Of a stretch of 64,000 nucleotides of DNA, positions 60,990-64,000 are shown in pieces. Within the stretch, counting starts at the first letter, position 1. Every line of letters starts with the position of its first letter. The stretch lies in assembly GCA_965112735.1 (NCBI GenBank), contig OZ218965.1:1240001-1304000 (forward strand), given 5' to 3'. The notes under the pieces are model-generated. The model did no database searches and was not told where the DNA came from. It saw nothing but the letters and a program-made list of their open reading frames with translations. The translations under genes and the position numbers were made by a program. The DNA is from Phaeosaccion multiseriatum (taxonomy: Eukaryota > Protista > Ochrophyta, other classes).

Positions 60990-62061
60990 TCATTCCGCGG
61001 TGAGGATGGCGGTGAGCTCCTCCACAGCGGGCACGTCCAGAATGAGGTGCGTCTTCTTCAGAATGGAGTACACGTTGGCCTCCTGTGCCAGTTGTGAGTG
61101 GGGCAGAGCGTTGGTACGTACGTAAGTGAGCGAGTGGATCGGGTTCTCGAGGCAGTAAGCGCGTGCTGAGGTACCACGCCTTCCCCCTTCACATCTATAC
61201 CTCGACACACCGAATCTATATGCCAAGTCGATCGATATGCTAAGTCGCATCTGCATGCCAAGTCGATCGATGTGCTGAAAGTCGACATCACTTCACATGC
61301 CACTCACCTTGCGGGGCATGACATCGACGTAGAAGAGGTTGCTCGTGGCGTTGAGGAGCTTCGGGCACACCTCCCCCCCACCTAAGGAACGACAGGGACA
61401 GGCCAGGCCGTTGCAGTTGCAGTTGTCGTTGCAGTTGCAGTCAGTGAGTCAGTGAGTCAGTTAGTGAGTCGGTGAGTCAGTATGAGTCAGGCATGGAAAG
61501 GCAAGGTGGCACCCATCCACATGCGTGGGCCTGCCGAGGCGCCTACGTACTCTGCAGCCCTCGCTCCCTCCCGACCCTCCAATCACACCCAATTACACCC
61601 AATTACACTCTCTCGTCCCTTTCCCCTCCATGCCCTCCCTCCGCCTCCTTTCCATCCACTGCCATCCCTCACCTGCGAGCATGCAGCTGTCCTGCCAACC
61701 GTGTGAAGACACAACATTCGCGATGTGCTTGGTCTTGGGCTTCTTCGCAGACAGCTTGTCCACGACCTTGGGATATGGCAATGGATGGGTTGAAGGGTGG
61801 ATGGCAGTGGATGGGCGAGAGAGGAGGGCGTGCCATGTTGCGGGTTGTGGGTGAGGTGAGGGGAGAGGGGTTAAGAGGGGGGGGGAGGGGCAGGGGGGAG
61901 ACAGCACGAGGTACCATGCAGAGGACAACACGGCAGCAAAAAACAGTGAGGAAGACAACACGAGGGCAGGAGGCGCAGAGTCAAAGGGACGGCACACGCG
62001 CTGCTCGCAGCCACGCCCAGCCCTGCCCCCTTCGTTCCGCAAGCCCAAGGAATGACCCAAG

Positions 62062-62100
<39 letters not shown>

Positions 62101-62117
62101 GTCTGCCCAAGCCTCCG

Positions 62118-62149
<32 letters not shown>

Positions 62150-62170
62150 ACTCTGTCTGCCCAAGCCTCC

Positions 62171-62205
<35 letters not shown>

Positions 62206-64000
62206 TCTCTCTCTATCTGCCTCATGCCCTCGCCACTCACAGTGAGGTTCCCTTCCCTTAGCTTGGTCGAGAGGGCCACCTTGAGGCCCAACTTGACGTA
62301 CTTCTTGTTCAACTTGTAGCTCCAGTCCTTCGGCACCGGACCGTGCGCCTGACGGGGGCACAAAAAGGACACATGGGGAGGGGGGGGGGGTACGGAAACA
62401 GATACCCAGGGAGGCACAGATACACCCAGGACCCAGGGGGGCACAACCGACAGGGAGGTATCAGAGGACCGGAGCGAGTGTGGGTGCGTGAGAGGGGATG
62501 GCAGCGGACGGAGAGGAGTAGACGCACCTTCACACCGCCCCGGAACTGTCCCGCTCGGGAGTGGCCCACTCGGGCTCGGCCAGAGCCTGAGATAGAGAGC
62601 AGCAGCAGCAGTTGGTGATACAGTAGCAGCAGCAGGAGCACGAAGGGGGGGTCGGTGAGGAAAAAGCGACACACAAGAGTCGTTCGAGTGGCAGACGACA
62701 AAGGCAAGGGCAGGGAGGAAGGAGAGACGCGCTTCGCCTCCCTCCCTGTGGGGAGGAGGAAAGGGCGGTTTGGTCGTTGGCAGGGGTGCTTCCTCCCTGT
62801 GGGGAGGAGGAAAGGGCGGTTCGGTCGTTGGCTGGGGTACTTCCTCACCTTTTTGCTGGCGCAGCTTTCTCCCGCTGCCTCGAGTCTGTTCCACGGCGGG
62901 TGAAGGGATTTTGATAGAAAGAGAAGAGGAGGAGGAGAAGGAGGAGGAGGAGGAGGAGGAGAAGGAGGAGGAGGAGGAGGAGGAGGAGGAGGAGGAGGAG
63001 GAGGAGGAGAAGGAGGAGGAGGAGGAAGCTGAGTGCAGGGTTGGAGGGGAGGGACGGTTCACCACGTATGGGGGCGCGAAACAAAAATCTTCCTTCCATC
63101 CACTGCCATCGACAGTCTCTGCTACACTCCCCCCCCCTACCGCCCCCACACCAAGCGTCTTGAAACTCGAACTGGAACTGAAACTGAAAGTGAAACTGAC
63201 CTCGCTGATGTTTTTGACCTTGGCCGTGCCAGAGCGTTTGCAAGCCCTCTGCCACCGAACAACCTCGTGCAGTACGTCCCTACAGGGGATGGCAGTGGAT
63301 GGCGACAGGGAATGGGGATGGGGATGGCAGTGGATGGGGGAGACGGGTGTGAACGGAAGTCGTGGGGGGCGGCAACATGGACGATGATGGACGATCGAAG
63401 TAAAGGCAACAGTATCTTCTTGTCCTGGGGCCTGTCTTCGGCGTGTCAAAGGAGAGGGAGAAGCGCTACATGTGTCGAGAGGAGGGCATGGCATGGAACG
63501 AGGTGCCCAGCCGGCCAAGGAGAGGGTATGGCATGGAACTAGGTGCCCAGCCGGCCCAAGGCTCCTTCCTCTCTGGGCGCCTGATGCTGCGGGTTCGCTC
63601 GCTCACTTGTCCTCACCTCCGAATTGGTTGTCCGAACACCCTAATGTCCAGCTCCAGGGTGCTTCTCTCGTCCTCCACTCCCCCCCCCTGCTCCTCCTCC
63701 TGCTCCTCCTCCTCCTGCTCCTGCTCTTCCCCCTGCTCCTCCTCCTGTTCACCCTCCTGCGCGACAGTTTCCTTCTTGGCCTCCTTCTTTGCCTTCTTCT
63801 TCTTGGCCTTCTTCTTGATTTTGCCGAACGGCGTGACTTGCACGCTCAGCAGGTGCGGTCCGTCCAAGAGAGGCGCGGGCCGCGAAGGCGGCTGCACCAC
63901 CACCCCGGCAAGGGCCGCCGCCTTCGCTTGGGCGTCCTCCTCTGGGGAGGCAGGGAGGCAGGGGGGAAGGGGCGGAGGAAGGGGAGGGGAAAGGGTGAGA
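60990..64000 (-). CDS. MRPL4: Mitochondrial ribosomal protein L4 (uL4m), 5'-partial
   Basis: Exons give VFGQPIR|RDVLHEVVRWQRACKRSGTAKVKNISE|TRGSGRKLRQQK|GSGRARVGHSRAGQFRGGVK|AHGPVPKDWSYKLNKKYVKLGLKVALSTKLREGNLT|VVD...ANVYSILKKTHLILDVPAVEEL. This is a bacterial-type uL4 that is nuclear and spliced; the mitochondrial assignment is inferred. Confidence 0.9.

Overview
GC-rich eukaryotic nuclear DNA with many spliceosomal introns full of microsatellites. The SNF1 C-terminal motif, the ankyrin 'AWxRRGxLVMLR' motif and a flagellar ODA docking-complex gene suggest a flagellated stramenopile, probably an ochrophyte alga (inference). Intron-rich genes recovered by manual splicing: a multi-pass membrane protein, a LITAF protein, a large two-NZF zinc-finger protein, MRPL47, SNF1/AMPK-alpha, two canonical ankyrin-repeat proteins, a calmodulin-like protein, ODA-DC2 (ODA1/CCDC114-like) and MRPL4. 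The main anomaly is a 12.8-kb island (about 29750-42600) with no introns in its coding regions and none of the dinucleotide microsatellite tracts seen elsewhere. It holds 3.3 tandem copies of a ~3.8-kb unit encoding seven F-box-like plus ankyrin-like ('WL..cpWD') proteins of two subfamilies, alternating A+/B-. The 3' halves of A and B form long inverted repeats and share short hypervariable patches, which looks like diversification by gene conversion. Secondary signals: dispersed 16-18-nt motifs with a polarised orientation in introns, a 32-bp satellite amplified from a splice donor, a GC-AG intron, a perfect 45-bp intronic inverted repeat and a small MITE-like element. Exon boundaries are hand-derived and approximate unless a junction is quoted.
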